The notes under the pieces: generated by a model | Seen by the model: the letters and a program-made list of their open reading frames with translations, nothing else | What the model was told of the DNA's origin: nothing | Databases searched by the model: none | Shown: piece by piece, positions 9,468-17,438 of the stretch | Layout: every line of letters begins with the position of its first letter | Numbering within the stretch: position 1 is the first letter of the stretch | Program-made: the position numbers and the translations under genes | Assembly (NCBI GenBank): GCA_964506505.1 | Contig: CAZDKY010000047.1 | Span: forward strand, 721 to 64,720 | Length of the DNA stretch: 64,000 nt | Reading direction: 5' to 3' | Source of the DNA: an uncultured Syntrophomonadaceae bacterium | GTDB taxonomy: Bacteria; Bacillota; Dethiobacteria; DTU022

Positions 9468-11035
9468 CTGATGACCGCGGGGCGAGAAAAGGTAAGCTGC
9501 AATCAGCAGCCCGGAAGATTATTGCTTGCTGGCATTCCTTCTGGCGTAAGCTGGGTGAACAATTCAATAAAAATATATACACTCGCATTATCTTTACCAA
9601 TGTAATGATCTTCACTGTCGGCTTGATAGTTTTGATGTTCATTTCAGGCTACGTAGTGAAGCATACCACCTATAATCTGGCTGAAGAAGAACTTCTGGAC
9701 AAAGCAAAGCGGGTTAATTACGCTTTCTCCGAGCTTACCGATAAACTGTGGGGAACTCCTTTAACCGAGTACACTAACGGGCAGGCTCAGGAAAGGCAGG
9801 ATTTTATTACGTTCCTGGCTGATATCTATGACACCAGGATCACCATTTTTAATACGGAAGGTATTATTAGCGATACCTCGGCCCAGCAGGAAGTAGGCCC
9901 GGGCAGCGAGGTGGAAGATAGCTATCTGGAGACATTAAATGAAGACGATATCACAGTAGTCCGCACCGAAGAAAAGGAAACGGGCCGGCAATCCCTGGCT
10001 ACAGTAGCACCCCTGGACAACGACCAGGAAGACATCGAAAACTGGATTCTTTTGGAGGGGGGACCGGTCGATGTAGAGTCTACGTTAAACCAGCTCTACC
10101 TGGTCCAGGTGGTTGGTGGGGCTGTGCTCCTGGTGATCTTGATCATCAGTTCCATTTATCTGGCTACTAACATATCCAGGCCCATCTCTCACATGGCGAC
10201 CAGTGTCAGTGATATCGGCAGCAGCAACAGCTTAATAAAGATTGAAAAAGAGTCACTGGATGAAATAAAAACCCTGTCTCAACAGTTGAACAAACTGGAA
10301 CAAAAGATGCGCAAAATCCAGTCTGAAAGCCGAAAAATGGAAGAAGACCGCTCACGGTTGTTTGCAGAGATCTCTCATGAACTGCGCACCCCGCTCACAA
10401 CGGTGCAGGGTTTTATCGAGGCCATCCGCGATGGCATGGTTCGTGAACAGGCTGTTTTTGATCGCTACCTGGAAACCATTTATCAGCAAACTGTCCATAT
10501 TAACAGGCTGGTGGATGATATTCTGGCCTTAAGCCGCCTGGAGAGCGGCAACGTTACCGTGGATAAACTGCCGCTGGATTTAAGCGCTTTGGCCCACGGG
10601 GTGGCAACTTCCCTGGAGGAAATGGCCCGTAACAAGAACAACTCGATCCGGGTAGATAATAAGACTGAAAGCGCTATGATTCTCGGAGACGCAGACCGGA
10701 TGGAACAGATTATCAAGAACCTTTTGAAAAACGCCATAAATGCTACCGAAAATGGCACAATCAGGGTCGGCGTAGAAGCCGGGCTGGATCAGGTAATCCT
10801 AACCGTCGAAGACAGCGGCGTCGGCATATCCCCTGAGGATCTGCCACACATCTGGGACCGTTTTTTTAGGGCCAGAGCCCGGCGTGGCGAGCACAGCAGT
10901 GGAAAAGGAACCGGCCTTGGTCTGGTGATTGTAAAAAAGCTGGTCCAGCTTCAGGATGGCGAAATCGAGGTAGACAGCCAGCCGGGAAGGGGAACAACTT
11001 TTAAGATCACTTTTCCACCTTATTATCAGAGTTAA
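9464..11035 (+). CDS. sensor histidine kinase (TM-HAMP-HisKA-HATPase_c)
   Basis: Two transmembrane segments, H-box EISHELRTPLTT and G-boxes GTGLGL; GTG start overlapping the response-regulator stop. Confidence 0.9.
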   Translation: MTDDRGARKGKLQSAARKIIACWHSFWRKLGEQFNKNIYTRIIFTNVMIFTVGLIVLMFISGYVVKHTTYNLAEEELLDKAKRVNYAFSELTDKLWGTPLTEYTNGQAQERQDFITFLADIYDTRITIFNTEGIISDTSAQQEVGPGSEVEDSYLETLNEDDITVVRTEEKETGRQSLATVAPLDNDQEDIENWILLEGGPVDVESTLNQLYLVQVVGGAVLLVILIISSIYLATNISRPISHMATSVSDIGSSNSLIKIEKESLDEIKTLSQQLNKLEQKMRKIQSESRKMEEDRSRLFAEISHELRTPLTTVQGFIEAIRDGMVREQAVFDRYLETIYQQTVHINRLVDDILALSRLESGNVTVDKLPLDLSALAHGVATSLEEMARNKNNSIRVDNKTESAMILGDADRMEQIIKNLLKNAINATENGTIRVGVEAGLDQVILTVEDSGVGISPEDLPHIWDRFFRARARRGEHSSGKGTGLGLVIVKKLVQLQDGEIEVDSQPGRGTTFKITFPPYYQS

Positions 11036-11071
11036 GGGCAGGCTCATTAATAATTAAAATTTGATTTTGAA

Positions 11072-11109
11072 CAGATTCCGGCAGATTCAATCCGGAATCT
11101 GTTTTTCTT
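11072..11109 (+). terminator. rho-independent terminator after the histidine kinase
   Basis: Perfect 10-bp stem CAGATTCCGG/CCGGAATCTG followed by TTTTTCTT. Confidence 0.7.
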
Positions 11110-11367
11110 AAGGGGAAATTTGATCATTTTTTGCCCTGTAACATTTTTTAATAATCTGGAAACATATTTTTATTATTTAGAAATACCAGGTTAACAAACA
11201 GCCTTTAAAATGTTTAACAGTAAGAGGGGGTTGTTAATTTGCAAGACAAGGGGGTGAGCAAATTGCAATAAATAATGGAATCCAGGCACAGAACGTTTAA
11301 AAAAATAGGCGATTCTAGATTCCCGAAAACGAGAAACTAAAACCGAAAAAATAAAGGGGGATATAAA

Positions 11368-11745
11368 ATGAGAAAGTTAACGACAGTAACTCTGGTAATG
11401 CTGTTTGCCTTTAGTTTGATGGCAGGAACAGCTCTGGCGGAAAGCAGTGAATGTCCGGCAGCGCCCGCTGTAGCAAATGAGTTATTAAGAGAAGCATTAA
11501 GAGAAGCAGGCGAAAATAACCCCTACGGCAGCGGTCGTGACGGTAGCAACTACATCAGTGATGTGGCCCACGAGATGGGCAGCCATGAAGAGGATGAAGA
11601 GAACACTGATTTCCAGGGAGTTGGGAAATGCGATCAGGAAGCATACAAAGAAGCAATAGCCGCGTTCCTTATAGAAAAGGGAGCGAATGTTGAAATCCCG
11701 GATCCTGAAGTTGAACCGGAGGCGATGCTGAACATGGATACATGA
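11368..11745 (+). CDS. small secreted acidic protein (signal peptide, 2 Cys), function unknown
   Basis: Strong RBS AAAGGGGGAT. N-terminal signal peptide MRKLTTVTLVMLFAFSLMAGTALA, then an acidic mature part; followed by a terminator. No recognised family. Confidence 0.55.
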   Translation: MRKLTTVTLVMLFAFSLMAGTALAESSECPAAPAVANELLREALREAGENNPYGSGRDGSNYISDVAHEMGSHEEDEENTDFQGVGKCDQEAYKEAIAAFLIEKGANVEIPDPEVEPEAMLNMDT

Positions 11746-11842
11746 GAAACCTGTAATGTCGCTAATCAGCTAAATGATCAGCGCTGGAAGTAAACCGGCT
11801 GATGATTTGGCTTTAGCCCACAAGAAGGAAAAAGCCCCGCGC

Positions 11843-11875
11843 TCGAAAGCGCGGGGCTTTTCTTTTGTCAGTCCC
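11843..11875 (+). terminator. rho-independent terminator
   Basis: Stem GCCCCGCGC / GCGCGGGGC with loop TCGAAA, followed by TTTTCTTTT. Confidence 0.75.
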
Positions 11876-12082
11876 TCTCAATCATGGGCGTTAACCTGGC
11901 GATGGAAATCCGCCGAGAGCTTAACATTATGAAGGAATACTTCAAACAACAGGTAACCTGGATTTAAAAATACTGCTATAGTTTATGGCACAATAAAAAC
12001 AAACAAATTGGTGGTATACGCAGGAACCGATATGCCGGGTCATATCCGCTGGTTCGGCTCACCCTGGCTTTCCTCACTGCGG

Positions 12083-12135
12083 AAGTAACGGACAACCGAA
12101 GCGATATCGACGGGCACTTAGCCCATCCTGCCGTG
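12083..12135 (-). pseudogene. remnant of the 3' end of a paralog of the CrtI-like/Cys-tail gene at 13894..15747
   Basis: About 53 bp roughly 80% identical to 13911..13969, the last ~20 codons of that gene. The minus-strand reading ...HGRMG*VPVDIASVVRYF matches ...HGKMGGIPVDIASVVGYF but carries an in-frame stop. Directly abuts repeat copy B. Confidence 0.45.
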
Positions 12136-12206
12136 ATTGATAATAGCTCCACTGCTCCGGCTCACATGTAAGATATTACACGAATATATGAAGGGAATTC
12201 AAACGG
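12127..12206. repeat. about 80-bp repeat element R, copy B
   Basis: About 85% identical to 8416..8495 in the same orientation; lies just downstream of the stop of the CrtI-like gene at 12255. Confidence 0.7.
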
Positions 12207-12254
12207 TTTGGGGGAACAACTTCATGGTACAAAAGGAAGATCACAGGCGGCGCC

Positions 12255-13892
12255 TCAATTTCGAGGGTTTTTTGCTTTCTGCTTCTGCTGAAGAACCCGG
12301 TCGGCAGCCAATTTGCCGGTAAGAATGGCCACCGGCAGGCCGGAGGGACTGAAGGACCACTGGCCGGCCTTGCATACTTCTGGAATGGCGGTTTCGACGG
12401 ATTTAGTGATACGGGCAAAGCGGTTTTCCACCGGCAGCGGCTGTTCGGTGAAGGACCAGCCGGTTATCGCTCCCCCGGAACTGCCATTGATCCGCTCGAT
12501 GGACAGGGGAGTGGAAGAAAGTCTGCTGATCACTTTCTCTTCCAGGCCCGGGTAGAGTTTTTCGGTCAGAAGTCGGGCAATATATTGTTCGCTGAATTCC
12601 TTAAATTCCCCGTAGCGGCCTTCCGCATCAATTTCTCTGACCAGTTCGTAGTCGAAGAGAGTGCTGACGATCAGACCGCTCTGTCCGGCGGGGGCCAGGC
12701 TGCCGTCGCGGACGGCGGGGCAGGAGATCTCAAAAGTGTTCAGGTCAAAAAAGCGCTCAAGCCAGGCCCGCAGGTCCTGCCAGAGGGAAGCGGGCGGGCG
12801 GCCGTCAGCGTTCTCACCGGGCCGGCTTTCTTCCCGCAGCCGGTGGAGTCCTTCGCGGCTCGGGGTATAGAAAAGATGAGGGCCACCGGTGGCGGCAAAA
12901 TAATCGGGGGGCAGGTCCACGGTCAAATAGAGGCTGAAGATTGAATCGCCCCCTCTTCCCCTGTTAATGTTTGCCTTTTCTCCGGCAACGGTTTTTTGCA
13001 CGGCAGGATCATCAATCTGTTCTGTATCGATGGCCGAGTAAAGCTTTTTCAGATCGGCGGCCCAGATCAGCTGTCCGTATTGAAATCGATCTCCGGAGAC
13101 ACTGCGGATCAGCTTCTGCTGTAGATCGACTTCTTCAATTTCCGTTTCCAGGCGGATCTCGCCGCCGTGGTCGGCTATAAAGCGGGCCATTGTGTCGACC
13201 AGTGCTCCCGTGCCTCCTATCGGGTAGTTGTAATCAAGGTAGAGGCTGAAGTAACTCAGGGCGAAGAAAGCCGGAGTTTCAGTAAAGAAATGCTGGGCAA
13301 TCATGTCAGCAAGGGAACGGTTGGCGGTCAAGCGGCTGAGGTGCTCATAGACAGGGGTCTGCATCTTCATCGCTTTGCGGATATTATACTGATATTTCAG
13401 GAGCCAGGGCAGGACTGTTTTGAAAAGGTAGCGGCGGTCATTTTTCAGGTCCCGGAAGAGCGGGTTGTCAATGCCGTAGAGAACATCCATATAGCCGATT
13501 ACTTTTCTGATCTCGGCTATAATTTTTTTAATGTCATCCCCGTTATTTGGGAAGAGATCTTTTAGGAGGCGGCTGTAATCATCAAGACTTTCCGGCCCTT
13601 TCAGCTTGATAAAACGATCTTCAATGCCCAGGGATACGGGGCTTCTGACGAACTCGACTTCCAGGCCGAGATCTCGCAGCATCGGAAAGACAATGCCCGA
13701 GTTTTCGATGGCCCGAATTCCGCCGTCAAAGGTAAAACCGTCCACGGTAAACGAGTTAACCAAACCGCCGACTTTTAAGTTTTTCTCGCAGAGCAGCACC
13801 CGCTGGCCTGCCCGGCTGAGATAGGCGGCTGCAGTCAGACCGGCCATGCCGGCTCCGACGATTACAGTGTCGTAGCTAACATCCTTGCTCAT
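12255..13892 (-). CDS. phytoene-desaturase-family (CrtI-like, COG1233) NAD(P)/FAD-dependent oxidoreductase
   Basis: FAD-binding DTVIVGAGMAGLTAAAYL...GG fingerprint and amine-oxidase/CrtI-like length. I use the ATG at 13892 (MSKDVSYDTVIVGAG) with GGGAGG 7 nt upstream, rather than the track start at 13922. Confidence 0.8.
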   Translation of the reverse strand: MSKDVSYDTVIVGAGMAGLTAAAYLSRAGQRVLLCEKNLKVGGLVNSFTVDGFTFDGGIRAIENSGIVFPMLRDLGLEVEFVRSPVSLGIEDRFIKLKGPESLDDYSRLLKDLFPNNGDDIKKIIAEIRKVIGYMDVLYGIDNPLFRDLKNDRRYLFKTVLPWLLKYQYNIRKAMKMQTPVYEHLSRLTANRSLADMIAQHFFTETPAFFALSYFSLYLDYNYPIGGTGALVDTMARFIADHGGEIRLETEIEEVDLQQKLIRSVSGDRFQYGQLIWAADLKKLYSAIDTEQIDDPAVQKTVAGEKANINRGRGGDSIFSLYLTVDLPPDYFAATGGPHLFYTPSREGLHRLREESRPGENADGRPPASLWQDLRAWLERFFDLNTFEISCPAVRDGSLAPAGQSGLIVSTLFDYELVREIDAEGRYGEFKEFSEQYIARLLTEKLYPGLEEKVISRLSSTPLSIERINGSSGGAITGWSFTEQPLPVENRFARITKSVETAIPEVCKAGQWSFSPSGLPVAILTGKLAADRVLQQKQKAKNPRN

Positions 13893-13893
13893 A

Positions 13894-15747
13894 TCAGCGC
13901 CTCCCCGGCTTAAAGTAACCAACGACAGAAGCGATATCGACGGGTATTCCGCCCATCTTGCCGTGGATGCAGGACTGCATCGCTTCGAAAATCTGCTCTT
14001 CCTGCCCGCCTTCGGACCAGAAGCGTTCAGCTATTTTAGCCGCCCCGGCAAAATTGCCCACGGTTATCCTTCTCATGATTCCCCGCACGTCGAGCTCTAC
14101 GGCATCGCGACAGCCGGGTTGCTCGCAGTATTCGCAATGCCGTGCTTTGAGCATGATCTCCCGCTTTTCAGGACTGAATTCACGGTAGAGATCTTCCTGG
14201 CGGTATGGTTTATCCACCAGGCGGACATAATTTTTCATCCCCCGCCGGTAGTTAAAGGGCTCGAGGCCTCGTTTTTTGAGAACTGCGTTAGCAGCGGAAA
14301 GACCGGAGACGGTAACCGCCGGGGTACCGGTACCCATGACCGTCGATTCACCGCAGCAAAAGAAGTTCTCCCACCCGGTGCGGGTGTGCAGGCGGTTGAG
14401 CAGATGCTGGCCCAGCATCTGTTTCGGGCCGGCCACGGCACCTCCCTTTTTCATTGTATAGCGCTCGATGGTGGCCGGGGTGGCTATTTCGGCATAGCGG
14501 ACCTTTTTGCTGAGGCCGGGAAATTTCTTTTCCAGAATGGCCAAAAGGCGTTCCTTTTCCTGCTCTTTCTGTCCGTCATATTTTTCTTTGTTGCTGCGGT
14601 CCCATTTGCCAAAATTAGGACCCATAGCCACCAGAACATGTCTGTCTTCGGGGCAGAGAGTTTGATCGTCAATGCTGAAGATGAAAATTGTTACCTCGCC
14701 TTCATCGATCTGGTCAGGGTTGCCGATTAGCATTTCGATGGGCAGGGTGCGGGCCGGGATAGCATCCCTTTCTACCAGGGCATAAAGGACCACGCTGGGA
14801 TAGGTGGGTACCTGCTTTTCCGCCCATTCTCTGAGACCAGGCTGCAGGTGGGTTTCGGGAATCAGCTTGCCGTAGAGGTTCCAGACTGTACCCGAATAGA
14901 TTATCTCACTGGCAAAGAGTTCTTCTCCGTCAACCAGTTTCACACCGGCAGGACGGCTGTCGTCAAAGAGGATTTCGGCTACCTCTTTTTTCATGAGCAT
15001 GGTACCGCTGTTTTCTTCGATCACCTTCTCCAGCTTGCCCGGTAAAAACACTGTCGAGCCGGCCGGATAGAAACTTCCCCCCACATGGTTTTCGATAAAC
15101 ATGATCGCCGCCAGGATAGCCGGGGTCTCCAGGGTGGTAGTGTAACAGTAGGTGGAAGTGAGCTTGTCAAAGAAGTTGAAAAGCTGCGGGTCGCTGAAGT
15201 ATTTTTCCAGCAGGCTGCGGGCGCTTTTATTCATGTAGCCCAGGAAGCGGGCGAAGGAAAGGGGGTGTTTCAGCAGGGCCGGCAGTGATTTAAACTTGTC
15301 TGTTTCGTCGGGGGCGGCATAGACTGGATTTTCGACCATGACGTGGCGGTACATTTTCTCAAGATCGGCGTAGAACCTTCTGATGTTTCCCTTTTCGGAA
15401 GGGAAAATTTTACCCAGTTCTTCGGCAAAATGCCTTACATTGGGCCAGAATTTTATTTTCTTGCCCCGGTAATTGATGCAGTAGAGCTGATCATGCCGAA
15501 TCATATTTATAGGTTCTTCCAGGCAATTGAAAACAAAGCGGTTAGGGTTGAAACCTTTTTCGCCAAAGCCGAAAAGCATGGCCGAACCCTGGTCGAAGAT
15601 TGTGTCACCCCGCTTGAATATACCGCAGGAACCGCCGGGGTTGTAGTTCTTATCAATTACGGCCACCTTCACCCCTCTTTTGGCCAACAGAGCCGCTGCG
15701 GTCAACCCGGAGAGACCAGCCCCGATTACGATAACATCGTACTGCAT
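13894..15747 (-). CDS. phytoene-desaturase-family oxidoreductase with a C-terminal Cys-rich (dihydroprymidine-dehydrogenase/GltD-like Fe-S) tail
   Basis: YDVIVIGAGLSGLTAAALL FAD motif. A C-terminal ~90 aa with CEYCEQPGC...C resembles the helical 4Fe-4S domain at the N-terminus of GltD/DPD. Start moved to the ATG at 15747 (RBS AAAGGGTG). The stop overlaps the start of the paralog at 13892. Confidence 0.75.
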   Translation of the reverse strand: MQYDVIVIGAGLSGLTAAALLAKRGVKVAVIDKNYNPGGSCGIFKRGDTIFDQGSAMLFGFGEKGFNPNRFVFNCLEEPINMIRHDQLYCINYRGKKIKFWPNVRHFAEELGKIFPSEKGNIRRFYADLEKMYRHVMVENPVYAAPDETDKFKSLPALLKHPLSFARFLGYMNKSARSLLEKYFSDPQLFNFFDKLTSTYCYTTTLETPAILAAIMFIENHVGGSFYPAGSTVFLPGKLEKVIEENSGTMLMKKEVAEILFDDSRPAGVKLVDGEELFASEIIYSGTVWNLYGKLIPETHLQPGLREWAEKQVPTYPSVVLYALVERDAIPARTLPIEMLIGNPDQIDEGEVTIFIFSIDDQTLCPEDRHVLVAMGPNFGKWDRSNKEKYDGQKEQEKERLLAILEKKFPGLSKKVRYAEIATPATIERYTMKKGGAVAGPKQMLGQHLLNRLHTRTGWENFFCCGESTVMGTGTPAVTVSGLSAANAVLKKRGLEPFNYRRGMKNYVRLVDKPYRQEDLYREFSPEKREIMLKARHCEYCEQPGCRDAVELDVRGIMRRITVGNFAGAAKIAERFWSEGGQEEQIFEAMQSCIHGKMGGIPVDIASVVGYFKPGRR

Positions 15748-16160
15748 TTTCTTCACCCTTTCTTCCGCATCGCCGTCCGGCAACTTTAAAAAAGATTAAT
15801 CAGGTTTCTTACAGCTCCGGGAGTTGGCGATCTGCGGAGGCAGGCTGTCCGAATATATATTGTTTATATTATATGTTATTTTCACTGTGACAACCACTCT
15901 AAATTTGCAGATATTTATAATTAAGGGCGGCGGGTGTTAGCCCAGAATTTTTTTACCCTCTTCTCATTGAATTAATATAATCCGCTTACAGTTGAAAATA
16001 TTTTTATTTTACATTAAGATTTCGTAACAGCCGCAAATCTTCAAGCAAAGAGAATGATTTTGGAGTAGTTTTGGAGGATAATATAATGAACTAATAACCG
16101 GGGCAGTGGGAAAAGTATCTGCGGAGTAAGAAACCTGCAGCAGTGGCCAGTCTGCAGAAA

Positions 16161-17282
16161 TTAGAGCAGATCCTCCACCATTCTGGCGATGCTCAGGCAG
16201 GAGGTCAGACCGGGCGATTCAATACCAATCAGGTTGATCAGGCCCGGCAGGCCGCGGCTGCTTTCTTCGGCGATCACAAAATCACGGAAAGGCTGGCCGG
16301 GCCCGGAAAGTTTACCCCTGATTCCGGCCATATCAGGTTCCAGGTCGTTCAGCTCGACAAAGGGCAGGAACGATTTGACGGCATCATAGAACTCAACAGC
16401 CCGGGCCGGATCAACCAGGTAGTCGATTTCATCAACGTAGACAGTGTTGGGTCCAAGGATTAGGCGCCCGTCAAGCATCTTGGTTACATGGATGCCAAGG
16501 CCGGTCAGCTCATGAAGGGGCGGCGGGTAAATCAGGCGCTCTACCAGGGAAGCCTTGGCCGGGGGCAGGCTGAAATATTCGCCCTTGCAGAAGTACTGGC
16601 GGTAACCGGCTTCAATGATATCGATACCGGCGGCTGCCGCCAGACTGCCAGCCTGCAGCCCGGCGCAGTTAACCACGTTTAGACATTCGAGTGTGTCCGG
16701 GCTGCCGTCCGGATTCTTATAGTTAACCCGGTAACCATCGGTGCATCGTTCGATACCCGTAACGCAGTGGCAGTAAGCAGGCATAACCCCATTCTGCAGG
16801 GCATCTTCCTCCAGGCGGGCCATTAAAGTGTGGCTGTCGATTATGCCGGTGGAGGGCGAAAAAAGGGCGCAGTCTGCTTTGATATGCGGTTCCAGACGGG
16901 TCACCATTTTACGGTCCATCATTTCCAGGTTTTCGACCCCGTTGGCGGAAGCCTGCTCAAGAAGGCTGTCAAGTGAAGCGCATTCTTCGTCTGTATTGGC
17001 GACGATTAGTTTGCCGCGTTGGTTGTAAGGAACATTTCGATCATCACAGTAGGCATAGAGCAGCTCCCGTCCCTCCAAGCAAAGACGGGCTTTGAGGGTA
17101 CCTGAAGGATAGTAGATGCCGGCGTGGATTACCTCGCTGTTGCGGCTCGATGTTTCTCGGCCAAAGTGTTCGCGCTTCTCCATGAGAACTAAAGTCCGGG
17201 CATTTTGTTGGGCGGAAAGCCTGGCGGCGACAGCCAGGCCGACTACTCCGGCCCCGATAATTACGGTGTCAACTTTATCCAT
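16161..17282 (-). CDS. FAD-dependent oxidoreductase of the L-2-hydroxyglutarate oxidase (LhgO)/glycerol-3-phosphate dehydrogenase family
   Basis: N-terminus DTVIIGAGVVGLAVAARL...SSRNSEVIHAGIYY is closely similar to the LhgO/YgaF family; 373 aa. Confidence 0.8.
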   Translation of the reverse strand: MDKVDTVIIGAGVVGLAVAARLSAQQNARTLVLMEKREHFGRETSSRNSEVIHAGIYYPSGTLKARLCLEGRELLYAYCDDRNVPYNQRGKLIVANTDEECASLDSLLEQASANGVENLEMMDRKMVTRLEPHIKADCALFSPSTGIIDSHTLMARLEEDALQNGVMPAYCHCVTGIERCTDGYRVNYKNPDGSPDTLECLNVVNCAGLQAGSLAAAAGIDIIEAGYRQYFCKGEYFSLPPAKASLVERLIYPPPLHELTGLGIHVTKMLDGRLILGPNTVYVDEIDYLVDPARAVEFYDAVKSFLPFVELNDLEPDMAGIRGKLSGPGQPFRDFVIAEESSRGLPGLINLIGIESPGLTSCLSIARMVEDLL

Positions 17283-17338
17283 TGCTGCCCCTTTCTTACG
17301 TAAATCGGAACCGTATTTAAGATGTACTGCGATATGTT

Positions 17339-17363
17339 TTCAGGTAAAATTTCTACCTGAAAT
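17339..17363. promoter_or_regulatory. perfect 9-bp-arm palindrome TTTCAGGTA-N7-TACCTGAAA upstream of the LhgO-like gene
   Basis: Seen directly in sequence, 55-80 nt upstream of the start at 17282; candidate operator or attenuator hairpin. Confidence 0.4.
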
Positions 17364-17438
17364 GTCTAACATGTATTCTCTGAATATGAATATGAATAAA
17401 ATCCTGCCGCCGGTTTTAAATGACTTCTGCGCCAATTT

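Noticed and set aside
15811-16137. 10-bp inverted repeat GGTTTCTTAC / GTAAGAAACC flanking a 310-bp AT-rich segment; considered as MITE-like terminal inverted repeats.
   Set aside because: Tens of 10-bp inverted-repeat pairs within 400 bp are expected by chance in 64 kb. There are no target-site duplications or further copies in the window.
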